Assembly (NCBI RefSeq): GCF_001949145.1
Contig: NW_019091361.1
Coordinates: 3,706,148-3,770,147 of the forward strand
Direction of reading: 5' to 3'
Source of the DNA: Acanthaster planci
Lineage: Eukaryota
Length of the DNA: 64,000 nucleotides
Below are positions 25,201 through 36,300 of this stretch, in pieces; position 1 is the first letter of the stretch, and each line of letters starts with the position of its first letter. Below the pieces are notes generated by a model. The model did not search any database and was not told the DNA's origin. It saw nothing but the letters and a program-made list of their open reading frames with translations. The position numbers and the translations under genes are program-made.

Positions 25201-28200
25201 TTTCACGTGCACTTATGAAGAGAATGTATCGTACCACTGCTTGACATAAGTATCACACATCTTCAACTTAAGTTGAGGCTTTAAGGAAAAGTTTAATCTA
25301 ATCACAACAATTTAACCACTGAACAAAATGCAACAGTTTTGCAAGTGGACTTTCAAGAAGGACGGGTATGATCTTGAACAACCAGATGCTAGACTTCACT
25401 ACCCCGGAAGACCAACCAGTATCATCGGCCAATTACATCGCCCCTGGCAAGAGGCCCTTTTCTGCCATGGCGCCGATGATCGTCCTGAATGAGAATAAAG
25501 AAGCTGAGTTGATTGTGGGCAGTTCTGGTAGCAGTGCAATTATAAATATCAACGCTTGGGTGAGTTAAGATTCCATGATGTGAAGTTCAGTTCACATCAT
25601 ATCATGGAACTTCACTTTACATCATATTTTTGCATGTCTTCTCTTAAGGGAGAAAGCTATTTTGTCATCCCTTGTTACTCAAAAGTGCTCTTATTTTATA
25701 ACAAATCATAAAACAAACTATATAGGGAAACTTGACTAGGTGCTTACATATAATAATAAAGATGATCACCACTTCCCAGGTTGCAAATTGTGTATAATTG
25801 GGGCGTGATCCTTGGCCGAATGGTGTTTCAGGTTACATAGCTTCTGACGAGCGCCTCTGAAAAAGATAATTGATAAATGGGAAGAACCACCACGGTAGGG
25901 CTGGATAGCTCAGTTGGTAGAGTACCAAATCCCGCTCCAGTCAGTTTCTTTGCTCATCTTTATAATTGTTTAAAACAACTAATAGGCCACTCTCATTTGC
26001 CTACAACTTATATAGGCTGCCAAAATTTGCAGAAATATCACCTTTTGTTTGGTTTTTCGATTTTACCTCAAATTCGTTCAAAATGGACATTTTTGTCCCA
26101 TAAATAGTATTAATTAAATAGTGTTGCATTATGCAGTATTTAGTAGTATGCGCTGTTGTAATAGCTGTTTGGAATTTTTCACACTTTGTGAATTATTCGG
26201 TTACTTTTGTACTGATGGCCAGCCATAGTTTTAGCATCCACATGTAGGAAAAACACGACTGTGACGTCAACGAGCAGACTCTTTAGTTTTACAAACTTTT
26301 TTCCGTCGAACGAGGGTGCTGTTGCTGTTATGTAATCAAATCTTCAGGAAGTTATTGTTTGGGGTTCTATTTAACGTGAGAACGCAAAATTTGCTCTTTA
26401 AATATTTGTGAGAAAACGTTTACACTGACCTTCTGACATGAACTGAAGCAATTTCAATCACTAATGCGAACAAATTTAAAATGTATGACAGCAAAAGAAT
26501 CCCAAATTCCGGCAAATTTTAGTGCAGAATAGCTGCAGTACTATGTGCATGCGGACAGGTGCAATGTACGTCATCGTGCATTATTTCAGTTGGGACAGTC
26601 CGGCGATAGACCTTTGTCTGGTTTTAGTTCATATGTAGCACATGTACTTGCCTAGTACCGGTATGGCAGTGGAATGCAAACTGCGGTTTGCGATGGGAAT
26701 AGGCCTAAGTACAGACGCAAATTACAGAATAATTCACAAAATGTTTAAAAGATCCCTTGCTACTTGAAACTCATCAATACGTAGTGTTAGGTTTTCCCAT
26801 ACATTTTCATTTTTTTTTTCATTCCAGTTTATAAACTGTTTACTTCAAATTCGTCCCTCAAATTCCTGCCCTTTCATATCCTGAGTTTGATTTCGTCTAC
26901 GGTCGCTAGTTTTTGCACCGCATGGGTCCACACAACTTCATACAAGTACCGTACCTTTCGTGGAACAGTTCGATTTCGTCATTGCAACTGCCGACGATCT
27001 GCCATTGACAATTTGAAATGGCATGGACTAAATACATTGTAACATTCGGCATGCCAGTCTTCTTGAGACGAATTTGCAAATTAATCGATACAAAAAGATA
27101 TGCATGAAACAAGTTTGGAAATGAATGGGAAAACCTATACTTATTGGAAAATAATATCCGCAACAATCGGGGGAAAATATGCCTTTCGAGGTAAAACCTG
27201 TCACTTACCCATAACGGGGCACTTTCTGCAGGCTTCCACCGCCCATGCAAACTGTAGGCAATATGGAAAGTCTGTATGGAAACAACAAAGGTTTTTTTGC
27301 TGATCTAGCGATTTATGAAAACGGTCGATCTTCGATTGTACCTGAGCGCGCTCAGAAAAAGGGAGCTCGAGTTCTGCACATGTATTGAGAATGACCAGAG
27401 AGGTGCCTGCTCCTCGAATATCATTGAAATATCATGTATACACTCTATATACACAGGGCTTGATTGTGGAATAGCCAGAGTAGGCTCTCAGTGGTGGCCA
27501 GTGCCGAGGCCTAGGCCTATACGAACAATTTGAGGCCCTACAAATTTACCACGTGCCATAAACGCATAGAGTGTTTAAATGTTTGGACGTCCCTCCTTGA
27601 ATTTTCGATTTTTGGAACGCACCAAATTGTATCAGGGGTGTGAGTGGCCACTTAAAATTAAAGCTGAAAACAGCTAGCAAAAAGCTTAAATTCAAGGTCA
27701 ACATTAAAAAACAAAACAACAACATGAAATCAGCTAAAAGGCTGAATTCTCACACCCCTGAGTTATGTACCTCAGCATCAGCAGGGAATGCTAGACTTCA
27801 CCGCTTACTTGCGCGGTGCAGTTGTTACTAATGCTTCGCGTGAAGAACACAGATATCGATTAGACCTACGAAAGTAAACTCTTTATCCCTATAAACATTG
27901 CTATTTAATTCACGACGATGAATTCCACGGCGTCTCAATGAGCCAGATACCGAAAATCATAGGTTTGCCTCGGTTTGGAATAGCATAATCACAGTTACGT
28001 TGCATTCTTCCCCGTTTACAATGGCTTGATACAGACAATCTTACGTGCAATATTTACGGATGCCAGTCTACAAGAAATCATCGATGAAAGGCGGCTTAAC
28101 CACGACCTGCAATCAGAGAATGCTATTATACACGAAAAAGGATTCCCCCAAGTAAGTCTGCAAAGCAGGTTCGAGATTCGAAGGTAGCGTCAAGCTTGCA

Positions 28201-28449
28201 TGCCTGTAATAGAATTTGCTCCTACTTAGGCCTACAGCGAGATCTCCTTTGACAGTTTGGAGTCTTCGTCTTTGAGGTTTCCTTTTCATTCATTTTGTTT
28301 GCCAGGAGGTAATAGACAACTTAAAGGCCATGGGTCACAAGACGAAGATGAGACGATACATGTCGGTGGTTCAAGCCATTCGGAGACTGGATAACGGGTG
28401 GATGGCCTATAGTGACCCCCGAAAACAAGGCTACGCAGCTGGTTACTGA
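4234..28449 (+). CDS. GGT: Gamma-glutamyltranspeptidase / glutathione hydrolase family proenzyme, multi-exon; 5' start exon not identified
   Basis: Exons with AG/GT boundaries and consistent phase: 4234-4402, 18233-18444, 21775(or 21781)-21982, 22436-22599, 23130-23279, 23468-23604, 23806-24005, 25337-25559, 28035-28151, 28306-28449 (TGA). Translation gives an N-terminal hydrophobic anchor ([15 protein letters not shown]) and family motifs: [45 protein letters not shown], catalytic Thr in [40 protein letters not shown], and C-terminal [12 protein letters not shown]. The exact GGT paralogue is not assignable. Confidence 0.9.
6723..6898. mobile_element. Palindromic MITE-like element (about 176 bp, arms about 78 bp)
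   Basis: The left arm AATACGGACGATTCACAATAGTGCGCCACCAAGAGTTTGCAAC... is the reverse complement of the right arm ...GTTGCAAACTCTTGGTGGCGCACTATTGTGAAACGGCCGTATT. A fragment of the right arm recurs at 52973-53010. Confidence 0.8.
7760..9430 (-). mobile_element. Decayed 5'-truncated L2/CR1-group LINE (RT and C-terminal region)
   Basis: The minus strand reads [16 protein letters not shown] (about 9050-9098) and [18 protein letters not shown] (about 8870-8920), followed by a C-terminal [12 protein letters not shown]...[11 protein letters not shown] (8130-8396). Many frameshifts; boundaries are approximate. Confidence 0.8.
11348..11404 (+). repeat. 14-bp minisatellite (CGTCGTGCGTCGCC)x4; inverted partner at 12456-12527
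   Basis: Directly visible array; the reverse-complement array lies about 1.05 kb downstream. Confidence 0.85.
12456..12527 (-). repeat. Inverted copy of the 14-bp minisatellite, abutting the RTE 3' end
   Basis: About five GGCGACGCACGACG-type units. Confidence 0.85.
12530..15815 (-). mobile_element. RTE-clade (BovB-like) non-LTR retrotransposon, near full length but frameshifted and internally deleted; antisense within the GGT intron
   Basis: APE endonuclease fragments: [15 protein letters not shown] (15232-15483), [16 protein letters not shown] (14810-15220), [15 protein letters not shown] (14514-14840). RT ORF 12873-14234 ([43 protein letters not shown]). C-terminal CCHH finger [21 protein letters not shown] in 12400-12888. 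Short (ACC)n tail near 12530. Confidence 0.92.
16001..16355. repeat. Degenerate internal repeats (CAAAAGTGGACAA x3; CCCCATTTTCTCATTTTCTGCT.GTAGATTTTCGGG x2)
   Basis: Repeated motifs visible at about 16008, 16148 and 16341, and at about 16022 and 16218. Confidence 0.65.
17361..17446. repeat. Dispersed repeat end, with a reverse-complement copy at 51416-51493
   Basis: AGACCTTTATCACCCACGTGAC..ATGTAAACAATACC..CACGTGTGGACCG..GGCCACGGTGATCGC versus GCGATCACCGTGGCC..CGGTCTACACGTG..GGTATTGTTTACAT..GTCACTTGGGTGAAAAAGGTCT. Confidence 0.7.
24069..24393 (+). mobile_element. tRNA-derived SINE-like repeat plus an inverted, internally deleted copy
   Basis: Pol III A box (TGGTCGAGTGG) and B box (GGTTCGAGTTCC) lie at about 24270-24325. 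The tail at 24329-24389 is the reverse complement of 24073-24128. Partial minus-strand copies occur at about 43015-43082 and about 36758-36792. Confidence 0.7.
24394..24993. other. Assembly gap (600 N); other gaps at 11902-12051 and 33868-34060
   Basis: Runs of N. Confidence 1.
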
Positions 28450-30394
28450 CGTCCGTGTCGCGGTGCTAGTTACACCACATACAACATTTTTGAACCACTC
28501 TTCTCTTCTCGAATTTCTTTGGTCGGTCTTATTAGTTAGTACTTTAAAGTAATAGAGTCGACAAAACAAACTGCTATTGTGAATGTCAAATTTTTATTAT
28601 GTCCTCTGATCTAATCAAAAATATTTATTTGTATGAGATACAAAAATGTGAGCAAGATTAGATTTTAAAAAGTTATTCAGTCCTGGACAGGATATATAGT
28701 GTAATTAGTCCATCTCAGAAATTCTTCACATTTACAGAAACCCAACTCATTGCCTAGAGTATGCATTATTATTTTAAAATTCAAATTTATGCAAACAAAA
28801 GAGGATGGGGCTAATTAAAAGATCGAGAATACTGTTAAATGAACATAATTTACGAAATGATATTATGCATATCAACCGCTATACGGCACCCCTTCAGGCT
28901 TGAATAGAAACAATACGAGAAAAGTAATGATTTCTGAAGAGAAGACTACGTTTCGGGAATGATATACATGTAATACTTGACTTACATGGATGTTTTGACA
29001 TCGGCAGATATGGGGGGGGGCAACAGGGGCCACGCCCCCTCTAAACAACAGGAAATAATTTATATTTTTCATATATTGATAGAAAGGTGATTTGGGGGAC
29101 TAGCTACTTTATTACCCTCATACTAGCTCCTGAAGTTAGCCAAATGCATAAGGAAGGTTATCAAAATCAAGTGGAAGATATTCCCCTATTTCTTGTCACT
29201 CCCCAAATATGGCTTCTGGGTCCTCCCTCACAATTCCAATACATCTACCATTCTTGTTGAAAACTTCAGCTTGATCTACCATTTCACAAATCAGGCAGGA
29301 AATTAGTCTCAAAGACATAGAGGCACTTTTATGTCACATTATGCTGTTATGCTGAATGCAATACTTGTACGTATTAGATACCATGATCATAAAGTATGTT
29401 AATTAATTGCACAACATAAGCGATATCTGTTCTGTCAAATGCAGACTTACAACTGTGTTTCTGAACACTGGCCCATTCTGGGACCATTCATCAAATTCAA
29501 AAAGGTCAGTTGGAATATAATATGTCCTGCAAAAGAGGAATGTGCAAGGAGGATCGGACCCAACCCCTGAGCNCAAAAGGTGCAATGGTCACAATCTTGA
29601 ATAACACTTGTACACTGACACCTAAAAACCACGCCTTCATCAGTCAATGCATTGATGATAATAAAACCTGGGCCCTTCCCCATCTCCGACTAAAATGTGG
29701 TCTCCCCCTGCATCGCATAAACAGGGCTGCCTTGTAGTCTGAGACATGACTGAGCTTCGAGGACTACAGGCAAAGAGAACAACAAAATAAATCAGTGTTG
29801 TCGGTGAATTCATTACAAGTCCTTTCACATGTGACAGGGCAAACAAGGACAAAGGAATGTTTCGGTTGAATGCTTAGAGACCGAACTTGCGACCCAGTGA
29901 CTTGTGATGGATTGAAACTGTCCTCCAAGGATGTGTAATACTGAAACTAAATAAGATTATTTGTTCATGATCCTTCTCAGAAAGAGACAGTTATGAGGTC
30001 AAACACCTTGATCTCGATCCATGAGTGACAACGATAGGAGCCCTGTTTACAAGAAAAACTGATCCTTGCAGAAGAGACCAACAAGCACAGACAATATTCC
30101 TGATATCTACATCTCAGTCTGTGCCCAGTATGCCCCGCCTAATGCATGAATTAAAAATAACCCTTCCAGTTGTTTACACCCCAATTTAGCTTTTTTAGTA
30201 TCAGATCAATGACTTCTTGGCCCTTAGGGGCTCTGGAGTTTTTAGGCCAAGTACTGAACAAAGGCCTCCGGTTCGATGTGACACTACATGTTTTAATAAC
30301 TTAACTAAAATAACTGAGGCAGTATTAGACACTAAGAGCCTGAAACACGAAGGTGTCTTCAAATCTTATATGTATGCATTTCACTTATTTCTTT

Positions 30395-33300
30395 TTATTG
30401 AATAACAGTCACATTCACTCCTCCCTTGGATTTCTGCCTGCTTCTGGCTTGCTCGGTGAGCAGCAAGGGCTCCTTGGTCACTGTTGAGGGGTACCTCTTT
30501 CCCAAGAGCTCTACTTCAACCTCTGTCCCAACTGCCGTCAGCTCCATGGGCAGGTAAGCGTAGCAGATGCTCTGCCCGAGGTGGTAGCTGTAACAGCCTG
30601 ACGTGGTGTTGCCGACAACCTGCCAGTGATTTCACCAAAAGGTTAAAAAAGGCCGCTTCACATACACAAGCCCCCCCATTCCCAATGTTCCTATGTGAAT
30701 GAAAACTCCTCAGGCAAGAATAATTATTGATGGTATACAATTTTGTATGATGTTGAAAGTTTTTCACATTACAGACAATAAATGTATACACCAATGGGAA
30801 TTACCATCGTCCTGTCACTGAATTAAGCAATGCATAGTCTGCCTGATGTGAAATGACTACAATGAAAATTGATACATCATGACTTTGCTATTACGAATAA
30901 AGGTGAGGCCACTAGGGTTTCAGAAACTGCCCCAGTCTACCAGAAGCAACCAATCAGGACCACCATTTCTCCTCACCTTGCCATTCAGCCAGAGTGTCTC
31001 GTTGCCTTCAGGGTCAACATTGTCAGTGTTGGGAACGGTCAGCAGAACCAGTTTACGCTGAAGTCCCTCGTCTTTCATCTTCTGAACGGCCGCCTTACCA
31101 ACAAAGTCAGCCTCCTGAAAAAGTGGAGACATTTTTTTCTGGATGACAAATCTTTGAAGCCTTGTCTTAATCTCTGGTGACGGGTGCACCTGATACCTTG
31201 TGGATTTGGTTTTGGTCTCGTATATTACTAAACCTTGGCTCATTTTGTTAGACTAGATGACAGATGCCATACTCCAATGATGTAGAAATGTTTGAACAAG
31301 TTCAAAATGGAGGGCTCTCTGATGAGGTACAAGCCTTTGTGACTTATGCCTCAATTATTTAGATTAGCCTACTGATGTCAAATCCCAATAAAATCTTTCT
31401 CGCATTTGAGCCACAGTTTGTTAGCTTGGGCCACTGATGTGATATCCCAACTGTACAGAAGTTGGCTCCGATCTTCCTTGCACATTCCTCTTTTGCAGGA
31501 CGTATTATATTCCAACTGACCTTTTTGAGTTTGATGAATGGTCCCAACCCAGCTTCTAATGGGCCATTGTCCATCAACATCTGCAACAAAAACATGGAAT
31601 ATGGATGAACTTCAAAGGTGAAAATGAAACTGAAAACTGTTTATACAGATCCACTACCCAAGACACCATGCGTGACAATTGGTGTCACTGAATAGAGCAA
31701 TCATTCAAAACTACTGGCTGGGTAACTTTTATCACCAAATCGCACCAAGCTGGAATTGCACAGAATGAAAATACTTCTCCAGTATTAAAATCCTACACAG
31801 TGTTAACGTTCTCCACTTTTCGAGTTGAAGGAATCATTGCTTAAAAGACACAGCAAAGCTTAACTTGAAGTTTTTTTTCCAAAGACAGTCATAAGCTAAC
31901 CTGCTTTAACTGACTCACACGGAAACATATTCAATCAATCCAATTAACCTGCTGGCCAACAAACGAGGGGGACCCTCGCCCTGTGTAAAAGTTTATACAC
32001 TACGAACATGTTTTCCTTAGAGGTGCTCTTTAAGACGGAACAACTTATAATGGACTTGCATGGACCGTACTGCAACACCCGAAAGCAACTGTGAATGTAC
32101 ACATAACATGTCAACAGGACTGTTTCATTGCTAATGTTTGAAGCCTTTGCTTTAAAGACCTTTATCAGGATGCTGCCATGTTTGTCTTGTTCCCTGTAGA
32201 CCCATTAGATACAACTTCACATAATGATAAAAGGGAACAGACTACTATTCCTTTCAGCCTCACTTTGGTTACATTGCTTTGAATGGTAGAAACGCAAGAT
32301 GGCTGCCCCATGATAGAGGTTTCTAGAATGTCCTTCAAGTTCTGCACTGCAGTTACCTCTTGTCCCCACATGCGGAATCCCTTCTCAATGCGCATGGTGT
32401 TCAGCGCGTATGTTCCAAAGTCTCCAACTCCCAAGGGCTTTCCTGCCTCAAGCAGAGCAACGTAGAGCTTGGCTGTGTCCTCCGCCTTGTGATAAAACTC
32501 CCAGCCAAGTTCACCTTGAGGAGGAAACAGTCAAGTTGGTTTCTTTTCTGAGAAATGTGTTTCTGTTTTCAACATTTAAATGTCTGAAATTTTGCCATAG
32601 TTGGAAATGCATTTTTTAAAATAACTTGAAATAAAGCCTTGCATCTCAGAGACACTTTATTTTAGTGGGGGGGGGAATTCTGTGAACATTTCCTGCCTGT
32701 TTCAGATGCCTATCTGCCAGCTGACACAAGCTAGCGATGAAGTTTAGACAAATAGAATGAGTAAGATGGGTACAGTACTTTTGACCATGCACAGCAAAAA
32801 ACATACATTATAGCAAATGCCATGTGACGACCTCCCAGCCTACTGAGACACAAAATCTCAGAATAAGGTGTTAAAAATATGATTATCTCTTAACGCTTAT
32901 GTCTTCTGATAATCAACAGCCTTTTCAAGTCAGTTTGCATTTACCTGTATAGGAGATTCGGACAGCAGTGACGGGCACACCACCGACAGTGATATCCTTG
33001 ACGTCCATGAAGGCGAATGCATCATTGGCCAGGTCGGCGTCAGTGATGGAGGCCAGCACGTCGTGAGATAGCGGCCCTGCCAAGCTGAGGCAGGCTGTGC
33101 TGTCAGTGATGTTGTTCAGGGTGACTTCATAGTCTCCCTTCCAGGCAAAATCCTCCATCCATCTGGTTAAGGAAGAGTTACAAACACATCTCCAGATAAC
33201 ACACTGGGCTGGAGGGGCAGTCACAACAGCAACAACTTAAACTTTTAAAGCATTAATACTCACTTCGCACAATTTACCGTGAAGGAGTTCGAACTCCGTG

Positions 33301-36300
33301 GATGCTTCATTGTTAATGTCGATGCTCTCAATTCACTCCTGTGACTTCCAAATATTTTTAAATGTCTTGTTCTGTACATTCTTTTGTGTATCCAGGAAGC
33401 AATCAAACATGATTCACAGTAATCATTACAGTTCTGCTGTTTATTTCCATCTTTTTACATTTTAAATCCGAAGTAACATTAGCTTCTTTGCGAAACTTGT
33501 AACCTATTTCTCTTTCCCTTCTTCCTCATATGAAACAGAGGAAGGAGATATTCCCTAGACTGACCTGAGGTCATGGAACTCTACGCCAGAACCTGTGATG
33601 ACCAGGAACTTGTTCTCTGCCAGTCGGCTGACGGTCACTTCGGCATAGACCTTTCCCTTGGGTGACAGCATGTGGCACAGGGTGCATCGACCAACCTAGA
33701 AATGGGGAAATATAGTGGGGCCTATTGCTCCTTGTCTGTACTGTTTGCCCATGCCCAACATACATGAGTTTGAGAATTTAAATCTGGACATCAGCCAATC
33801 AATGCCCATTTTTGGAACAAAAACAGTGGCATATCTAAGAGGGTTGACACGGGGATACTTTCCAAACNNNNNNNNNNNNNNNNNNNNNNNNNNNNNNNNN
33901 NNNNNNNNNNNNNNNNNNNNNNNNNNNNNNNNNNNNNNNNNNNNNNNNNNNNNNNNNNNNNNNNNNNNNNNNNNNNNNNNNNNNNNNNNNNNNNNNNNNN
34001 NNNNNNNNNNNNNNNNNNNNNNNNNNNNNNNNNNNNNNNNNNNNNNNNNNNNNNNNNNNNTCTGATTTATGATACATAGATACTTTCCTAACCTTCCATT
34101 TTTGTGACCCAAGCTGAAATCTCGCCCATGTGACTACAGGGATTTGGTTTCTAGTCCTTATCTGATCCATGGGTTTTCCCTGTATCTGAAAATGAATATC
34201 TCTTCCCCTGACCAAATAGTGTCTGCTGTATTTCCAGCAATCTCACTGTCTCCTCGGTCTCCTCTCTTTATGTATATTCAGACTTAGGAGCGACTACTTT
34301 TAAAGAACCCTTAATTTTATGAACAGAAATACACATCAAAATCTTCACAAGTATTCACAAAACCCCAGCTTCAATGTAATCTGCAAGCTATTCATACATG
34401 AACTGTGACAAATTCATTCCCATCTTATTGCTCTGTTATGTCAATGCTATCATTTAAGAAATTTTGGACTGTTCTTCTCTTCTCTCAACATTGGTGCGGC
34501 CACCAACAAGCAGGGAACTACATGTACATAATAGTCCTTACAGCCGGCAGTTTGTTGGCCAGCAGGCTGTCCAGGTATCCGTAGGCATCTTTTCCCGTCA
34601 CCTCAATCTTGGCAAACGGGCTGAGGTCGATGATCCCGGCTCGCTTCATCACCATTTCGTACTCTCGCCTAACTGGCTCAAACCAGTTGGATCGATGGAA
34701 GCTGGGCTTGTACCCAGCCTCGTCGCCATCCAGTGCAAACCAGTGGGGCTGTTCCCAGCCTGAAATTGAAATAAATACACCAAATAAATAACAGCTTATT
34801 AATCGTTTTCCACTTGTTACAAAACTGAGCAATCTAAAAAGATGATACAATCTTGCTGCTGATAGCCATTCAAAATTAGCTTTGAAAATGAGATATGAAT
34901 GATGGTTGGCATTAGGCAAATGTTAGTGTCCTCTTTTTGAGAAGTCAGTCCTGATTTTTTAAGATCTTGAGAAACATTAATGAAAACATAATTAACAAAT
35001 TAATCATAAACAAATGAATACTTTTTGAAAGGTTACGCCATTTCTGTGGGTATTCCTGCAGGGAACTTTCTTACCTTTCTCCACATCAATTATTGCTCAG
35101 GAAATCAATTATTGCTCAGGAAATCAATAACAGAGATTTCAAGTTCTGAATTATTACGACGTACTGCATCTACATGTATGCTCTCTAGTTCAGCATTCAC
35201 CGACAATATAAAGAAAACTGGAAATGAATTTTTGGTCTGAATGAAAGTGAGGGTTAGTCTTTACCACTGTAACTCTTCACGTTGAGCACAGTCCAGCACT
35301 CACCTGCATGAAATCCAAACTCAGCTCCTTGGGATTTGAGCTTTTCATAAATGCCATTGATACGCTTGGTCGGTCTGCCCGCCCACCGCTCTTCACGGGG
35401 CCAGCCGATGGCGTTGTTCATCCCGTACGTCTCGCGGGTCTTGATGCTCGTGTACTCCCTGCAATTAACAAACATTCTGAAATTTCTGAAAGATGCTCTT
35501 TGGGGTGAAAGCAAATTGGCAAAGTGGTGGCGCATCAGGTAAAAAGAAGGTAGCTGTACCTATCCAATGAAGAACTTCTTGAATGGCGCCTTTCAAGAAC
35601 ACAGAGTGTTCTTGTGGGATGTTGAATTTACCTTGGGCTAATAAAGCAAAGGGTTGCAGTAGCCGTGACATTAACATAGAATACTGTATTGATAATGTGC
35701 TATCAACAATTCCAGGATTTCAGTGTGTCCGCCTTAATTTTGAGGAACCAATTTCAAAAAAGCACTGAAAGCTGAGGATAACAGACAGGAAGTTAACACC
35801 AGACACATCCCACTATAACATTTCTATGAATGCTCCATGCTTATTTGTGGGTCTAATGTTACAGTCGGAAGAAGCACATAAAAACTGCTAAACAAATCCA
35901 CGTGCCAAGCAAACCACAATAGCGCATGAGTCCTAAGAACAATGCATGGCTAGAAATTTGCTTCTCACTGGACGAATTCCTGGGCTCGTCTATACAGCTT
36001 GAATTCATCTGCTCTCTGGTGCAGGAACTGTGCACGCACAGTGTGGCATACTTTTGAGAGCTACTAAGTTTTGATCCAAGGATACACATTTATGTTATTA
36101 ACCCAGTGTGGATGTTCCTTCACTCTTCAGTCATTGTGAAAACTCGATAAAAACACTAATTTCTCTTAAACTGTTAACACTACTTTTAAGCTGCACTTTG
36201 TGGACCTGCTTTGTTTGCAGGACGACACAAAGACAGCAAGGCTGGCACAACGGTTCACGCTAGGTCAAACAGAAAGTGGAAAGTGACCGGCTTTCAGTGG

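Noticed and set aside
25897..25927. GGCTGGATAGCTCAGTTGGTAGAG tRNA 5' half
   Set aside because: Truncated after the D arm; a SINE or tRNA relic.
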